DNA of 64,000 bases from the human T2T-CHM13v2.0 reference genome, Homo sapiens (GCA_009914755.4 CP068257.2:44320001-44384000), one strand, 5' to 3'. Shown: positions 14,091 to 31,745, counted from the stretch's first letter. Numbers and translations are program-made. The notes: a model not told the origin generated them from the sequence alone.

Positions 14091-16552
14091 AAGAAATGAA
14101 GTTTCATTTATTGATGTAAATTGTTCTTACAAAGCATTTCAAAATAACCAGCTGAAAACAGTCCTATGCCAGAAGGCATCTTTGAGAAGCTAAGTTGGCT
14201 GCATCACCACTTTTCCAACCCAGCTCGAGGTTTTGGCTTGATCACTGAGTTAGGGCGGAGCCCACTGCAGAATGGGGCAAGCATTTCCTGGACTCAGCAC
14301 GCTCGCTTCCAATCTTGCCTTATAGTCAGAGACTGGTTCATTTTTTATTTTTGTTTGTTTTCAAGATTGAATAACAGATCAGCCAGGGCTTTTTTCACAA
14401 GCAAAAAAAAAAGGGAGTTTGGGGGCATAGTACAGATCACAACGAGACAGAGCTGGACAGAGTGGGAGAGCACAGAGTCAGCAGGAGCTGGAGAAGAATT
14501 TCGTTGACCAAGAGATTCCCATGGGAGAAGCAGGACCAAATAGAGAAAACAGAAAGGACTAATTCTTAAAAAATGTGTTTTTGAAAATTTCCAAGTGTCG
14601 TTTGGACAGATTCAGATACAGGAAACTTTTGAACTTCATTTGAAAGTCCAGTATTTGAAATTGGACTACTTCTGTGTCCACCACAGAAGTATTCTTTTTC
14701 CTCTTAAGAATTAGTGAATGACTGTCTGGAACTCAAGCCCATGAGAGCTTCCTCTACTGGGAAAACAGACTCAGCCAGAGGGAGTGGGCCCATCAGATGG
14801 CTCGTACAAAAGTGGACAATTTCTTTTCCAATGGTCAGAATGGATTTGTTACAATGCCGAGAAAAGTGATGTTAGAGTGAAGTCTGTCAAAACCATCACC
14901 CTAGGAGAGCATCATAACACTTTCCCAAAAAGTAAAAATTCATAACTCCAGGGAAGAAAAATGAGAATCACTCATTTTTCTACCATCCAAAGATAACCAG
15001 TGCTGATACTTTGTTAAATTTCCTTTCTGGGGGTCCTTTTCTGTTTTTTTGTTCTGTTTCATTCTGACAAAACAAAACAAAACACTACCTCACACCCTAT
15101 ACCAAAAAAAAGTCAATTCCAGATGGATTTTAGATCTGCATGTCAAAAGTAAGACAATGATCTTCTAGAAGTAAACATTGGAGAAGAGCTTCCAGAGCTT
15201 GCAGTGGGCAAAGAGTGATACCGAGGTCACAAAACCACTAACCATAAACGAAGTTGATAAACAACTATAAAATAAAGAACTAGAAAGACAAAATATTCAC
15301 AGTACACTTGTCTGACACAGAGCCTCATTCTAGAACGTGCAAATAAGAAGACAGCCCAAGAGACCAATGAGAAAAAGACTTGCTCAGACTCTTCAGAAGA
15401 CATGAGAAATCAGTGGGCAACAAGCATACACAAAGGTGTTCGACCTCATTACCAACAAACATGCAAATTTAAACCACAGCGTGGAACTGCTGCCTGGCCG
15501 ACAGACAGCTGAAATGAAACAGGCAGAGATGGCCTGTGGACAGAGGATGTGGAGCAAATAGAACTTCCAGTGATGGCTGCTGGAAGTGAATAGCTCCTCT
15601 GGAAGATGAGTGGTGTCTCCTGAAGCTGAGTATCTGCGTGTCTGTGACCTTGTAGTTTCTACTTCCAGATGTGGTCAAGAGAACTGTGAATGTGTGTGCA
15701 CCAGAAACATCCACTGGGACATTCATAGCACCCTTCTCATGACATCTCCACTCCACAGGCCACCCAAAATGAGTGAGAGAGTAAAATGTGGAGTGTCTGC
15801 GCACTGGGATGCTCCACAGCAATGGGAATGAACAGCCTGCTCAGACACACATCAACTTGGGTTGCCTCAGGGACCTTACGCCAAGCAGGAGATGCCAGAC
15901 ACAGAGTCCATCCTGAGAGAGTCTGTTCCTGTCCAAGCTCAGAAACACAGGAAGCCACCTGTGCTGTAGCAGCACGCGGAGATGCATCCTTTCTGGTTCA
16001 CCCCACGGCCCTCATTGCAGTCAGGGATCCTCTCCCAGAAAGTCCCTGCTGCCAGCCCCTGCCCTTCCAGGGTGCACTCTGGACGTTGCTTCCGTGACTG
16101 GTCTCAACACCTCTCTCCACTGCTCAGGCAGCGGCCTTGGCTCTGGGAGCCTGGAATGTGCAGGAACCAGCTGGCCTTGGAGTGCTGCAGACTCCAAGGT
16201 GCGTCACCTGCAGTTCTGATCCCTGTTCTGGATGCAACCCAGGACCCTGCCCTTGCCAAGCATCCCAGGAACACTGGCACTGATGGCTGAGGCTACATCC
16301 AAGACAGACGGTGAGGAAGGCCCCAAGGAAAGGGCCGTGTGGGACACATTGTCCTTCCCAAGATGATGAGTCTGAGCCTGGCAGGGGAGGCACTGGGAGG
16401 GCCTGTTGTGGGCAGTTCATTCAATGGACACAGGGTGGCACCGCTCTGTGTCCTCTAATGACCATTAGACACCTCTAACCATCACATGATGTGCAGCTCA
16501 GCTTTTCCAAGGGCCTGGAAGTGAATATTTCAGGAGATAACGTGAATAACCC

Positions 16553-19023
16553 ACTGTATTCATCTGTTCTCAGGCTGCTAATAAAGACATACCCGAGACT
16601 GGGTAATTTATAACAGAAAAGAGGTTTAATGGACTCACAGTTCCACATGGCTGTGAGGCCTCACAATCATGGCAGAAGGCAAAGGTGGAGCAAAGGCACA
16701 TCTTACATGGTGGCAGGCAAGAGAACCTGTGCAGAGGAACTGCCCTTTATAAAACCATCAGATCTTATGAGACTTATGCACTATCACGAGAACCATACTG
16801 GAAACACTCACCCCCCATAATTCAATTACCTCCCACTGAGTCACTCCCACAACGTGGGGATTATGGGAGATACAATTCAAGATGAGATTTGGGTGGGGAC
16901 ACAGCCAAACTATATCATTCCACTCCTGACCCTGCTCACATCCTCACATTTCAAAGCCAATCATGCCTTCCCATCAGTCTCCCAAAGTCTTAACTTATTT
17001 CAGCATTAACTTAAAAGTCCACAGTCCAAAGTCTCATCTGAGACAAAGCAAGTCCAAAATCTATTAGGGCAGTCATTAAACCTTAAAATTCCAAAATAAT
17101 CTCCTTTGACTCCATTTCTCACATCCAGGTCATGCTGATGAAAGAGGTGGGTTTCCATGGTCTTGCGCAGCTCCAACCCTGTGGCTTTGCAGGGTACAGC
17201 CTCCCTCCTGGCTGCTTTCATGGGCTGGCATTGAGTGTCTGTGACTTTTCCAGGTTCATGGTGCAAGCTGTCAGTGGATCTACCATTCTGGGGTCTGGAG
17301 GATGATGGCCCTCTTCTCACACTAGGCAGTGCCCCAGTGGGGACTCTGTGTGGGGGCTCTGACCCCACATTTCCCTTCCACACTGCCCAAGCAGAGGTTC
17401 TGCATGAGGGCTCTGCCGCTGCAGCACTCCTCTGCCTGGACATCTAGGCATTTCCATACGTCCTCTGAAATGTAGGCAGAGGTTCCCAAACCTTAATTCT
17501 TGTCTCCCGTGCACCCAACACCATGTGGAAGCTGCCAAGGCTGGGGGCTTGCACCCTCTGAAGCAATGGCCTGAGCTGTACCTTGTCCCCTTTTAGCCAT
17601 GGCTGGAGTTGAAGCAGCTGGGACCCAGGGCAACATGTCCCAAGGCTGCACACTGCAGGGGAGCCCTGGGCCCAGTCCATGAATGCATTTTTCCCTCCTA
17701 GGCCTCTGGGCCTGTGATGGGAGGGGCTACCACAAAGGTCTCTGACATGCCCTGGAGATATTCTCCCCATTGTCTTGGCGATTAACATTTGGCTCCTCAT
17801 TACTTATGCAAATTTCTGCAGCTGGCTTGAATTTTTCCCCAGAAAATGGGTTTTTCTTTTCTACCATAGTCAGGCTGTAAATTTTCCAAACTTTAATGCT
17901 CTGTCATCTCTCAAACACTTTGCTGCTTAGAAAATTCTTCTGCCAAATACCCTAAATCATCTCTCTTAAGTTCAAAGTTCCACAGACCTCTAGAGCAGCA
18001 GCAAAGTGCCGCCAGTCTCTTTGCTAAAGCACAGCAAGAGTTGCCTTTGCTCCAGTTCCCGATAAGTTCCTCATCTCATCTCCATCTGAGACCACCACAG
18101 CCTGGAGACCACCTTATTGTCCATGTCAGTGTCAGCATTTTGGTCAAAGCCATTCAACAAGTCACCAGGAAGTTCCTAACTTTCCCACATTTTCCTGTCT
18201 TCTTCTGAGCCCTCCAAACTGTTCCAACCTCTGCCTGTAACCCAGTTCCAAAGTCACTTCCACATTTTTGGGTATCCTTACAGCAGCACCCCCCTCTCTG
18301 CAGTACCAATTTACTGTATTAGTCCATTCCTATGCTGCTAATAAAGACATACCCGAGACTGGGTAATTTATAACAGAAAAGAGGTTTAATGGACTCACTG
18401 TTCCACATGGCTGGGGAGGCCTCACAATCATGGCAGAAGGCAAAGGAGGAGCAAAGGCACATCTTACATGGTGGCAGGTAGGAGAGCCTGTGCAGAGGAA
18501 CTGCCCTTTATAAAACCATCAGATCTCATGAGACTTATTCACTATTGATGCAGGACTTTGCTCCTAGTTCAGCTAAATCTGGGTTCTTGTGTCATGACCA
18601 GGACAAGTTAGGCATGCAGACGTATTGAAGGGTGAGGGGAATGGAATTTATTGGGCAAAAACAAAAAAAGGAAAAAAACTCTCAGCAAAGCAGGAGGGGA
18701 TCCTTCCAGGAGGCTCCCATCTTGCAGATTGAGTTCCAGGCCACCACACAGGAGCTGAAGAGGCCAGGCTCCTCCCTCTTGCACAAGATGTGAATTTCCT
18801 GTGGCTCCACCCCATTCTCCCAGTGCACAGGCAGATTGGAGATTCTCCGGGGACCCTCCCCATTATCTGCCTCCTGTGTCTATCACTATCACGGTAACAG
18901 CACAGGAAAAATCCGCCCTCATGATTCAATTACCTCCCACTGGGTCCTTCCCACAATACATGAGAATTGTGGGAGCAACAATTCAAGATGAGATTTGGGT
19001 GGGGACACAGCCCAACCATATCA
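16553..19023 (-). mobile_element. Near full-length MaLR retroelement (THE1/MST-like LTR - internal - LTR), minus orientation
   Basis: The LTRs lie at about 16553-16920 and 18300-19023, the latter carrying a roughly 320-bp foreign insert at 18545-18868. Each LTR has ctgctaataaagacatacccgagactgggtaatttataacagaaaagaggtttaatggactcac ... caagatgagatttgggtggggacacagccaaac[t/c]atatca. The internal region at 16920-18300 mirrors the internal region of the neighbouring plus-strand element. Confidence 0.8.
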
Positions 19024-19785
19024 CCCACTTCCTGTGGCACTTTGTGTCTTCCACTTGATTTTCTCAACCATCCACCAGAATAGACACTGCATCCCCATTT
19101 TACAGGTGGGTAAACTGTGGCCCAGAGACACCACAGCTTTCCTGGGGATTACACACAAGTATATACTGGAGCCAGGGCTAGAGGCCAGCCCTCTGACTTC
19201 ACTGACCTACTTTTCGTATACTTTTCATCAGAGGCTCTCCCTACAGGATAGTTTTACAAATGCTAATAAAGAAAGGTTGTTTTCCATTTAAATAATTTTC
19301 AACAGCTAAAACGCAGAGCTCTCCATTTAAAACAACAACAGAGGAGACTACTTAGGAATGTGTAACAAGAAATGTGCAAATCTTATATGAGAAAACCTTA
19401 AAACACTCTGGAAGACACGAGGATGAGGTCATTAAATGGATGGATGCCCTTGCTCTTGGATAGGATGACTCCACACCATTGAACGTTTTCCACACACACT
19501 TTATAAATGTAGTGCAATCCCAGTAAAAACACCAACTTTTCTATTGATGTAGACAAATAGATACTAAAATTCATATGGAAAAACAAACAAGCAAGAACAG
19601 CCAGGAAACAGAAAAAAACTCCCTACAAGGGGGCTGGTGGAGAAGCTGCAGCCTACATTAGCTCTGTGACGGAAACGGTGAGACACCAGTGCACAGAGAA
19701 CAGGCCAGTGGAGCAGAACAGAAAGCTCAGAATAAAACAGGGCACCAAGCACTTATGGAAATTTATGTTTCTAAATAAAGATGGT

Positions 19786-22570
<2,785 letters not shown>

Positions 22571-23831
22571 CATCTCAAATAATTAAAGCAAAGTTGGACT
22601 TTTTAATAAATGGTGCTGGGACAACTCAGTAGCTATTTGGAAAAAGTTAAAATGGGTTCCATACTGTGGCATTAGATGGGTATATATTGGTGTTATGATA
22701 TATATAAATGGGTATATATTGGTGTTATCACATATATAAATGGGTTTTCATCCATGGTTCCTGGCTCATGCCTCCCCTACCCCTCGTTAGTCTTTTGTTA
22801 CAATGTCGGGTGTGTTGGGCCACAGGGGAGGCCTCTCACCTTCTCCTGTCCTTCACTCTAACGTCCCCACCTTGCTGACTGTGGGTCTTAAGACCCTCAC
22901 CTGAGAGGGTCCCACCCTAGACCCTGGGGAAAGGAGTGTTGATGTCATGAAGCTTCTATAAAAGCCCACGAGAACAGTGTTCAGTGAGCTTTTGGAGTTG
23001 AATACATGGAAGGTCCTGGAGGGTGCTGCCCGGGGAGGACATGGAAGCAACAAGCCCCTCCCCCTTCCCTCCCCCTCGGCCTCTTCATGCGTATCCTTTG
23101 CAACATCCTTTATAATAAGCTGGTAATGTACATAAGTGTTTCCCTGGGTTCTGTGAGCCACTCCAGCAAATTAATCAAACTCCAGCTGGAAGCTGGTTGG
23201 TCAGAGGCTCCAGAGGCCCACACTTGCCACTGGTGGGAAAGAGGGAGTGGTCTTGGGGACGGACCCCTTACACTGTAGGAGGTGAAACTAGCTCTGGGCA
23301 GGCAGCGTGGGAACTGAATTAGAGGTGCCCGCTGCCTGATGTGTGGGGAAACCTCTGCACATTTGGTTGCAGAAGTCTTCTTCCATGTTGACGGTTGTTG
23401 TGGTGTGAGAGCAGAGGAGAAACAGGGTTAGAGTTTCCCCCGCACACACACCTCACACCATACACAAGAATACACCCCAGTGGATTTGGGATCTGAATGT
23501 AAAAAATGAAACAAGTACTAGAGGAAATACAGGTGAATTCCTCCATACCCTGAATATGAGGAAAGATTTTTCTAGGAATCAAAACAAAAGATTAATTTGA
23601 CTACATGAAAATAATAGCATTCTGCATGGCCCAAAACACCACAAAGGCAAAGGAAAATTGAGAGACGAGGAGAAGGTGTGTGCTGCACAATCACAGATGC
23701 ATAGCTAATATTCCATATATTAAAAAATTCAATATTTGAGGGGGAAAACATCAAAAACTCAACAGAAAAATGGGCAAAAGACATGAAACATGAATAGATC
23801 ATTTCTCCAAAAATGTATAAAAATGATCTTT

Positions 23832-24163
<332 letters not shown>

Positions 24164-27100
24164 TCAACTTCATTTGGAATAAGAAATAAAAATTAGTTTC
24201 TGTTATGGAAGCCTCCCACGGTATGGCATTTCATTACAGCAGCCCCAGTACACTGAGGGATGGTAGCTGGAGGTCAATAGATGAATAACAAAATTAGACG
24301 GATGATAGACAGGGATATCATTGTCCGTCTTAAATTACCAGACTCAGAAAATATGATTAAGCATAGAGTTTACTGGAGCCCAGAGCTTAAGGACAGCCAC
24401 CTGGGAGCACAGGTTCAAGCTGCCCTAAATCGAAGCTCCCATTAGCAGCAGCCTCCGACTCCCGCCCGAGGGCCCCCAGCACTACTGTGGAATTCCGGCC
24501 GGAACACACAGCCTGGACCTGGTCATGAGAAACGGCCCCACAAGCCCAACTTGAGATGCATTTTACAGAATAAGTGGCTTAAACGTCTCAAAAACGTCAA
24601 GGTCAGGAAAGGTCAAATTAAAGGAGACAAAGAGGTAAGAGAATAATGTAACAGTGAGCCAGCACCATTCCTGCCTCTGCAAAGGGGAAGGTGAGGGGAT
24701 TGTTCCCATTATCAGGGGAAAGGGGTTCTCAGGAGACCTGGAGAAACGCCCAGGCGTAGCCTGGCCTGGGGCAACTGGAGCCGACCACTGCAGTGGGCTC
24801 TGGCAGGCACTGCGTCTCCCCCGAGGTCTCTGCTGAAAACAACGACCACGGAGGCCCTGATGCCTCCTACCTGGGCTGTGACCCTGGTCTAGGGCTCCTC
24901 GCACCTCCTGCACCCCACAGCCTCCGGGCCAGGCTCCAGCTCCCACCCAGTCCCTGCAGCCAAGGGAAGCCGCTGCCTGCAGGCCTGGAGGGCTCCCTGT
25001 TCCAGCTGCTCCCTCACTGGCCTCCGGCAGGGTCAGGACAGAGAGGGGGTGGCAAATCCACTGACCCCAGCGGAAGCCTCGCCAGAGTCTCCCAGGCACC
25101 GGTGGACCCAGGCATCTGGGGCCAGCGGGGAGGCCACGGAAAGGGGACAGTGCTGGCTCTGGGCCCCTCGGGGGACCGTCCTGCACTGGTGCCCATGGGC
25201 AGCAGAGGGCGCCCCTGACCATCCCTCCATGGCGTCCGCAGGAGCCTCACCAGCCTCAGGGTCCAGGGGCACCCACCCAGCTGTCAACCTAGCTGTCTGG
25301 AGTGAGCTTCAGTGGGAGGGGAGGAGGGGGCCTGCGATTGTGCAGGGACGAGGCTGGGGGAGCAGAGACTCCAGAAACCGTGTCCCACACCCCGCACTGC
25401 CCCTCACTGTGCAGCCCCAGCCTCCCTCCTAGAGCCCCCCAGCTGCTAGGCTGTGACAATTGCTTGTGTATCTGGACCCAGCAGGCTACAGGTCACTGTG
25501 ACCTTGGGGCCTGGGGTCCCAAAGCCAGGCTGCCTGCCCCCGTTTCCCCCACCGCCATCTCCAGAGCCACCATCACCAGTTCTGCCACCCTCGGCCCTCC
25601 CTGTCACTGCAGGGCAGCCCTGGACTCGCTCAGACCCTGAGTTCAGACCCTGGGGTGCAGAGGCTGATGGCCCGGCGCTGGCCTCCTGAGCCCTCCTCAC
25701 CCCTGGGCACTCACTGAGTACTGGGCCTGCTCTCCTGAGGGCAAAAGAGCACCCAACCCCTCCCCCAGCTCTGAAACAACCCTCAGATCCTGATGCTTTT
25801 GGGGTCACATGTTTGGGGAGGGAACTGGCAGTAGCCCAGGAGCCCTAGACCACGGAGGTCACCCTGCTGAACGCGAGGGTCTCTGCCTCCCAAGGGTGGG
25901 GACTCCAGAGGCCGGGCACCTGGGAGGGCCTTGCTCTGGGCCCTCCGGCCTGGCTGTGGCTGGCACCCTGGGACCCCAGACCCAGCCCAGAGCAGGGATG
26001 GCTGCATCTCGCTCCCAGTTTGTCCTGATCCCAGAGCCTCCAGCCACAGCTCCGTAAGGTGGGCACTGAGATGGCCCTGAGGCCTGGAGGCCCTGAACGG
26101 AGATGAGGTCTCTTTCCACAGACCAGCCGCGTTCCCACCGCACCCTCTCTTTGGGGTTTGATTGGCCCAGGGAGTGTGAGTGTTCCTGAGAAGCCCAGAT
26201 GTTACCCAGGCACTCGGCCCCAGGCTCTGTGACTCCCATGTGGGGACAATGGAAACCAGATGCTGGGAAGCTGGGCTGGGTGGGCGGGCCCCTGGCAGCT
26301 GTGTGCTGCGTCCATCTGGACTGGTCTCTGAGCCCCGGGCCTGTGGACCTCGGCCTCATGGGAGCCCCAGCTCTGTCACTGTTACTCCCTCCATCAGCTC
26401 CCACCGACAGAGTGGACATTCTCTTGACAACTTGAGAAAACGGAGCTTCTGGGAGCCTGTGTCCCGACCCGAGCTCAGGCAACTAGTGGGTGACAGAGCT
26501 GGGACCGCACCCAGTTCTGACTGCCCCAGCTTTCCTGGCACATCCAGCCTGGGGTATACCAGGCAGGATGCCAGCAGTTTCTCTGAGCCACGGTGTGGTC
26601 AGGCAGAGAGACGGAGGGTCTGAGTGGCCCCCTACAGATGCTGTGGTCCTGCGTGGAAACCCTCTGGGTGTCTGAGGAGTGGGGTGATGTGGGACTGTGA
26701 CCACCCATGTTCAGCTCCCTGCAGAGTGGCAAGGAGCCCCCCGCCCCCGTCTTTCTGGGACCCAGCCGGAGTGGGGGCTGCTGGTCTGTAAGGGATCCTA
26801 ACCCTTTCTTCCCTACTGCCCCAGCCTCGTTAAAACTGCTGCATGCCGGCGGGTGAGCGGGACATGGGGCAGCCCCCGCAGCTGAGCTCCCCACTGCCGG
26901 GGGAGGGCCTGTGTGGAGCTCCGAGACCAGGTCCTAGAAGCCCCTGGGCCCTGCCCTGCGCTGCGAAGGGAACCGGGTGTCTGAGCATGGGGCCGGCAGG
27001 ACCGACAGCATCGGGGCTTGAAACCCAGTGCTCGGGAGCCCGCCCCTCCCCCCACGACCTTTTGGGCCCAGAAGCCATGATGGGGGCACAGAGGAGGGAG

Positions 27101-27539
27101 TTTCGGGCCCCGACCCGGGGTGCGGGGTCTCACACAGGGACCCCAGGTCTGAGCTGTGCCACTCGTGCAGCCCTGGCCCTCCGCAGCCTCGGCGACCCCA
27201 CCCGAGGGCTCCCACTGCTGCCCACAGACATCTCAGGGTCTCCCGGGCCGGGTCAGCGGCGCCGGAACAGGGTCTCCCGGGCCGGGTCAGCGGCGCCGGA
27301 AGTGATTCTCGTCAGCAGGAATGCGCTGGCTGCCCGGGAGCCTTCAGGGTGGGCTCTGGGGGCCAGGTGCGGCCTCAGCGCCGTCCCTTCCCGGGAAGCC
27401 TCCTCCCTGGGGTCCATGCCGGCTCCTGCTGGCTCCCCCATTCCGCTGAAATCTGAGGAAAAGGCTCTGGGAACGCAGCCAGACTCCCCCACAGCTCAGA
27501 CGGCTGTAAAGAAATATTCCTGCCAGATGTTCAGAGGCG

Positions 27540-29000
27540 GAGGCCAGCATGAGGTAACGGGAAAGGCTTAACCCGTCCAGCCCCGCAGCCTCGCAGCCGC
27601 CTCCGGGGCCCAGCTCTAGGGGCTGCGGGCCCCGTGCCGTGGGGGACGTCCCTGCCGCGTCCGTGTCCCGGGGGCCGGGCCTGCCTGCGGCGGGAGCCCA
27701 CCCCGTGCGGTCAGACGGGCTCAGAGCGCTCTTCTGCAGTCTCCAGCCCTCCCTGGAGGGCGTGTTGGACCAGCCCCTGATGGGCGCCCGGGAGCCACGG
27801 GATGGGGCGTGATGCCAGCCTGGGAGAGGGATCCACTCGGGGGTCCTCAGGAGGCGGTGCCAGCCCCCGGCATGGCTTGGGGGAGCCTCTGTGTTGCCAG
27901 CGCTGGGCAGCCCTGGACCCCCCGCCACCCTTTGCCTCACGGGCCCTGGGTTTCAGGGCAGTGGCCTCTCAACCCAGCGAGATCACAGCGCCATCGAGAC
28001 AGTCTTTCAGTCTTTTTTTTTTTTTTTTTTTTTTTTTTTTGCGTCTCTTTGAAATGACAGTTCCCAGAACCAGAGCTTCTATGGCGGATTCTCACCAGAA
28101 AATGAAATTCTCAGCTTACAGGCAACGGAACAAAATGAAATCAGGCCAATGCACGCGGCCCCGGGAAGCACCAGGGGGCCTCAGCGAGCTCCTGAGTTTC
28201 ACACTCAGTGCGGGGGTTTCCGCCTCAGCCCCTCTTAGCGGGAGTCACTAAAGGAAACGCAGAGAGGGCGGGAACGCAACCCCAGCACCCTGCGGCTCCC
28301 GCCACGGGGTCGCGCCCTCCCTCTGATATCCAGAGCCTGCGGCTCCCAGAGGCGCTCCCGGAACAAACCGGGGCGCGCAGAGCTTTCTTCGCCGCTGTCT
28401 GGGGGCCGCAGGACTGTCCCAGGGCCCGTGATTGACGGACCAGTCCCCGGCATTGAGCCTTGTGTCTTTCCAGTTACAGGCGATGCTGCCGGAAACGTGT
28501 GTTTTCCTATCTAGGAGTCAGTCTGTCGCAGACCGATTCCTGGATCGCCGAGGTCGCCCACTCTCCCCAGAAGCCTGCTCCCTCCCGACCCGACCGGTGG
28601 GAGGCCGCGTCCCCGACGCTTGCCAGGAGCCCCGCCTGCAGCCGAGGCGTCCTCCCCGCGCCGCGGGCTCCTGTGGCAACGGCCGCCTCCCGGCTGGCCT
28701 CTTTTCTGCCTTCTGCCTTCCCGTTGGCGACTGGGGAGGCCCGTGGTCAACGAGGCCCCAGCGATCACCTGGGGGACGTCCTGTAGGGAGAGCCTGACTC
28801 ACAAGGACCAGTGTTGAGCCGTCGCACCCCCGCTTGGGACCAGGATGGGCTGCACTTTCCCCACCCGCGGCCCTGGGACCCGCCCCACCCGAAGCCCGGG
28901 GAGATCCAACCGCAGGCTGCCTCCGGCCAGCGGACTCATTCACACTCCGCAAACAGGCTGGGGCCAGACGCCGCCCTGCCCTAGGTGCCCAGCAAACACG
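27540..29000. promoter_or_regulatory. CpG-dense, very GC-rich block (CpG-island-like) about 8 kb upstream of the COL6A1 TSS
   Basis: CG dinucleotides are abundant, for example ccgcagcctcgcagccgcctccggggcc...gccgcgtccgtgtcccgggggccgggcctgcctgcggcgggagcc and cgaggtcgcccactctcccc...cgccgcgggc. No convincing ORF or exon is visible, so its function is unknown. Confidence 0.35.
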
Positions 29001-31582
29001 CGGGCCAGCCAGACCCCTGGACCTTCACAGGGAGGAGGAGATGGAGATGGGTTCACCCCCCACAAAGGAGGGAGGGGAGGGGATGGCCGCCATGCCCAGG
29101 TGCCGGGACAGGAGCCGAGGGCCGCGTGCACCCCTTGGGCCCTTGGAGGGGCCGGCATGTGCCTCTCTGTCCCTGTGCCACTTCCACTGGCCGTACAGGG
29201 CCACCACCGCGGAAACCGCATGTGTAACCCCTGGAAACAGGGTCCTCCTTGATGAGTCATGTTCTAAGTTGGGAGGAAAATTCACTGGATAGTGGAGGCA
29301 GTAGAAAGAAATAAAAAAAGTCTTTGTTCCACAGATGCTTGGAGGGCTTGGGTCCTCGGTGTTTATAGTGGGTGCCGCCTTCCAACACCACACCCTGGGA
29401 GGGAGTCGCCGGACGGCGTTCCGGAAACTCCACAGTCACTGGGGAGGGGGCACGGACAGCCCCCACCACCTGCCCTCCGGGCACAAACGCAGGGCCTGTC
29501 CCCTGCCCGTGGGCGCAGCTGTCCTGCTCCCTCCCCGAAGGCACTCGGACTTCTGTGGAAAAAGAGCTTATGGGATGGAAAATCCCTGGATGAGTTTCCT
29601 CCCAGCCTTTCCTGGGGGTGGAGGACAGACCTGCAGCCCCAAGCGAGCTCCTGCCAGCGCCTGGAGAGTGGAGGGCGGGGCCCAGTCTCAGCACTGCAGC
29701 CGGGCCCTGCGGGGCTAGAAGCACCGTCCCCTCCGCGTCCACCCTCACTGCGTGGGTCTCGAGGCCTCCTTGTCTAGAAAATTTCCCCAGCTGGGGCCTG
29801 GGTTTTTGGAGCCCATGGAGGGCAGGTCCTCCACATCTCGGGTGCCCTGGGTAGGGCAGGGAGGCGACTGACGCGTGGCGCAGAGCTTGGCCGGCCGTGG
29901 TGATAGGAGAGGGGGTGGCTGAGAGACCTGGGAGGAAAAAGATTTTTAAAGGGGGAAGTGGGACCCTGCCTTGGGGCTGGGGTTGGGAGTTCCGTGTGGG
30001 TGTGGGTGGGGGAGTATCGGGGGACCTGCCCTGATAATCACGTAGGTTCTTTTCTATTTTTCCTAAGCGTCGGCCGGCTTGAGAAATAAAGGGACAGAGT
30101 ACAAAAGAGAGAAATTTTAAAGCTGGGCATCCGGGGGAGACATCACACGTTGGTAGGATCTGTGATGCCCCACAAGCCGCAAAAACCAGCAAGTTTTTAT
30201 TAGGGAGTTTCAAAAGGGGAGGGAGTGTGTGAATAGGTGTGGGTGACAGACAGCAAGTACTTAACAGGGTAATAGAATATCACAAGGCCAGTGGAGGCAG
30301 GGCGAGATCACAGGACCACAGGATCGAAGCAAAATTAAAATTGCTAATGAAGTTTTGGGCACCACTGTCACTGATAACATCTTATCAGGAGACAGGGTTT
30401 TGACATCAACCGGTCTGACCAAAATTTATTAGGTGGGAATTTCCTCTTCCTAATAAGCCTGGGAGCGCTATGGGAGACTGGAGTTTATTTCATCTCTGCA
30501 GCCTCAACCATAAGAGACAGGCCCACCTGGGGGGGCTTTTTATAAGCCAGTACCTCCAGGTGCGTATTCTCTTTCTCAGGGATATCCCATGCTGAGAAAA
30601 AGAATTCAGCGATATTTCTCCCATTTGCTTTTGAAAGAAGAGAAATATGGCTCTGTTCTGCCTGACTCACCTGCGGTTAGAGTTTAAGGTTATCTCTCTT
30701 ATTCCCTGAACAATTGCTGTTATCCTGTTCTTTTTTCAAGGTGCTCAGATTTCATATTGCTCAAACACACATGCTGTACAATTTTTGTAGTTAACACAAT
30801 TATTACAGGGTCCTGAGGCAATATACATCCTCCTCAGCTGACAGGATTAAGAGATTAAAGTAAAGACAGGCATAGGAAATCACAAGGGTATTGACTGGGG
30901 AAGTGATAAGTGTCCATGAAATCTTTACAATTTATGTTTAGAGATTGCAGTAAAGACAGGCATAAGAAATTATAAAAGTATTAACTTGAGGAACTAATAA
31001 GTGTCCATAAAATCTTCACAATCCACGTTCTTCTGCCGTGGCTTCAGCCGGTCCCTCCGTTTGGGGTCCCTGACTTCCCACAACAGGGGAGGGGGTACGG
31101 TTGGTCCAAAAGGGGAAGGACAGAAGCGGGGCCTGGGCCAGCAGCCCTGGGGCTCCCACCAGCCACCAGCAGCACTGAGTCTCCTCTGCAACTTTCCCTG
31201 TGGACAAAGGCAGTTTCCTGGGATGGTCTTTCCTTCCCGTTCCACCACTTTTATGGGTTTAAGAAAACCACTAACACAGGACAGCGGTGGATAATTCCCC
31301 TTTTCCCCGCGCTGACGTTTGGAGGCACCAGGGCTCCTCAAGGTGGACTGGGGGGCTCCTCTCCCTGAACGCAGGGTCCTGATGGGGGTGGGGGTGGGGG
31401 TGGAGGGCAGGCAGGTTCCAGAAACAGCCCTGCCCTCCCCTGCCTCCCGGGACAGCTTCCTCCACCAAGCCCACCTCATGCTCCATCCTCATCCCCTCTT
31501 AGCCAGGTCCTGCTGGAAGAGGAGGCTCGGGTCCACCCGCAGGAGTCAGAGAGGCCCTGCCAGGGACACTGCACATTCAAGG

Positions 31583-31745
31583 CCCTCTCCTCCATCCTTC
31601 TTCCTCTCCCTCCTCCCACCCTCTCCCTCCTCCCACCCCCTCTCCCCTCCTCCCATTCTCTCCCTCCTCCCACTCTCTCCCTTCTCCCACCCTCTCCCCC
31701 TCCCCCCTCTTCCCACCCCCTCCCCTGTCCCACCCTCTCCCTTCC
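31583..31745. repeat. Polypyrimidine (CT-rich, CCCTCCC-type) low-complexity block
   Basis: The block reads ctctcctccatccttcttcctctccctcctcccaccctctccctcctcccaccccctctcccctcctcccattctctccc... Confidence 0.8.

Noticed and set aside
28008-28040. Pure T33 run that could be the tail of a minus-strand SINE/LINE
   Set aside because: The adjacent sequence (gccatcgagacagtctttcagtc) does not match the Alu or L1 3' ends that I can recognise, so I did not call a mobile element. It is more likely a mononucleotide microsatellite.
29257-30213. 318-aa minus-strand ORF and overlapping plus-strand ORFs in 28400-29800
   Set aside because: The region is extremely GC-rich, so stop codons are rare by composition. 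I see no Kozak start, splice structure, codon periodicity or similarity to any protein I recognise. The same reasoning rejects the 200-280-aa ORFs at 5596-6432, 24563-25222, 25859-26482, 26843-27571, 27344-27940, 55483-56259 and 61055-62407.
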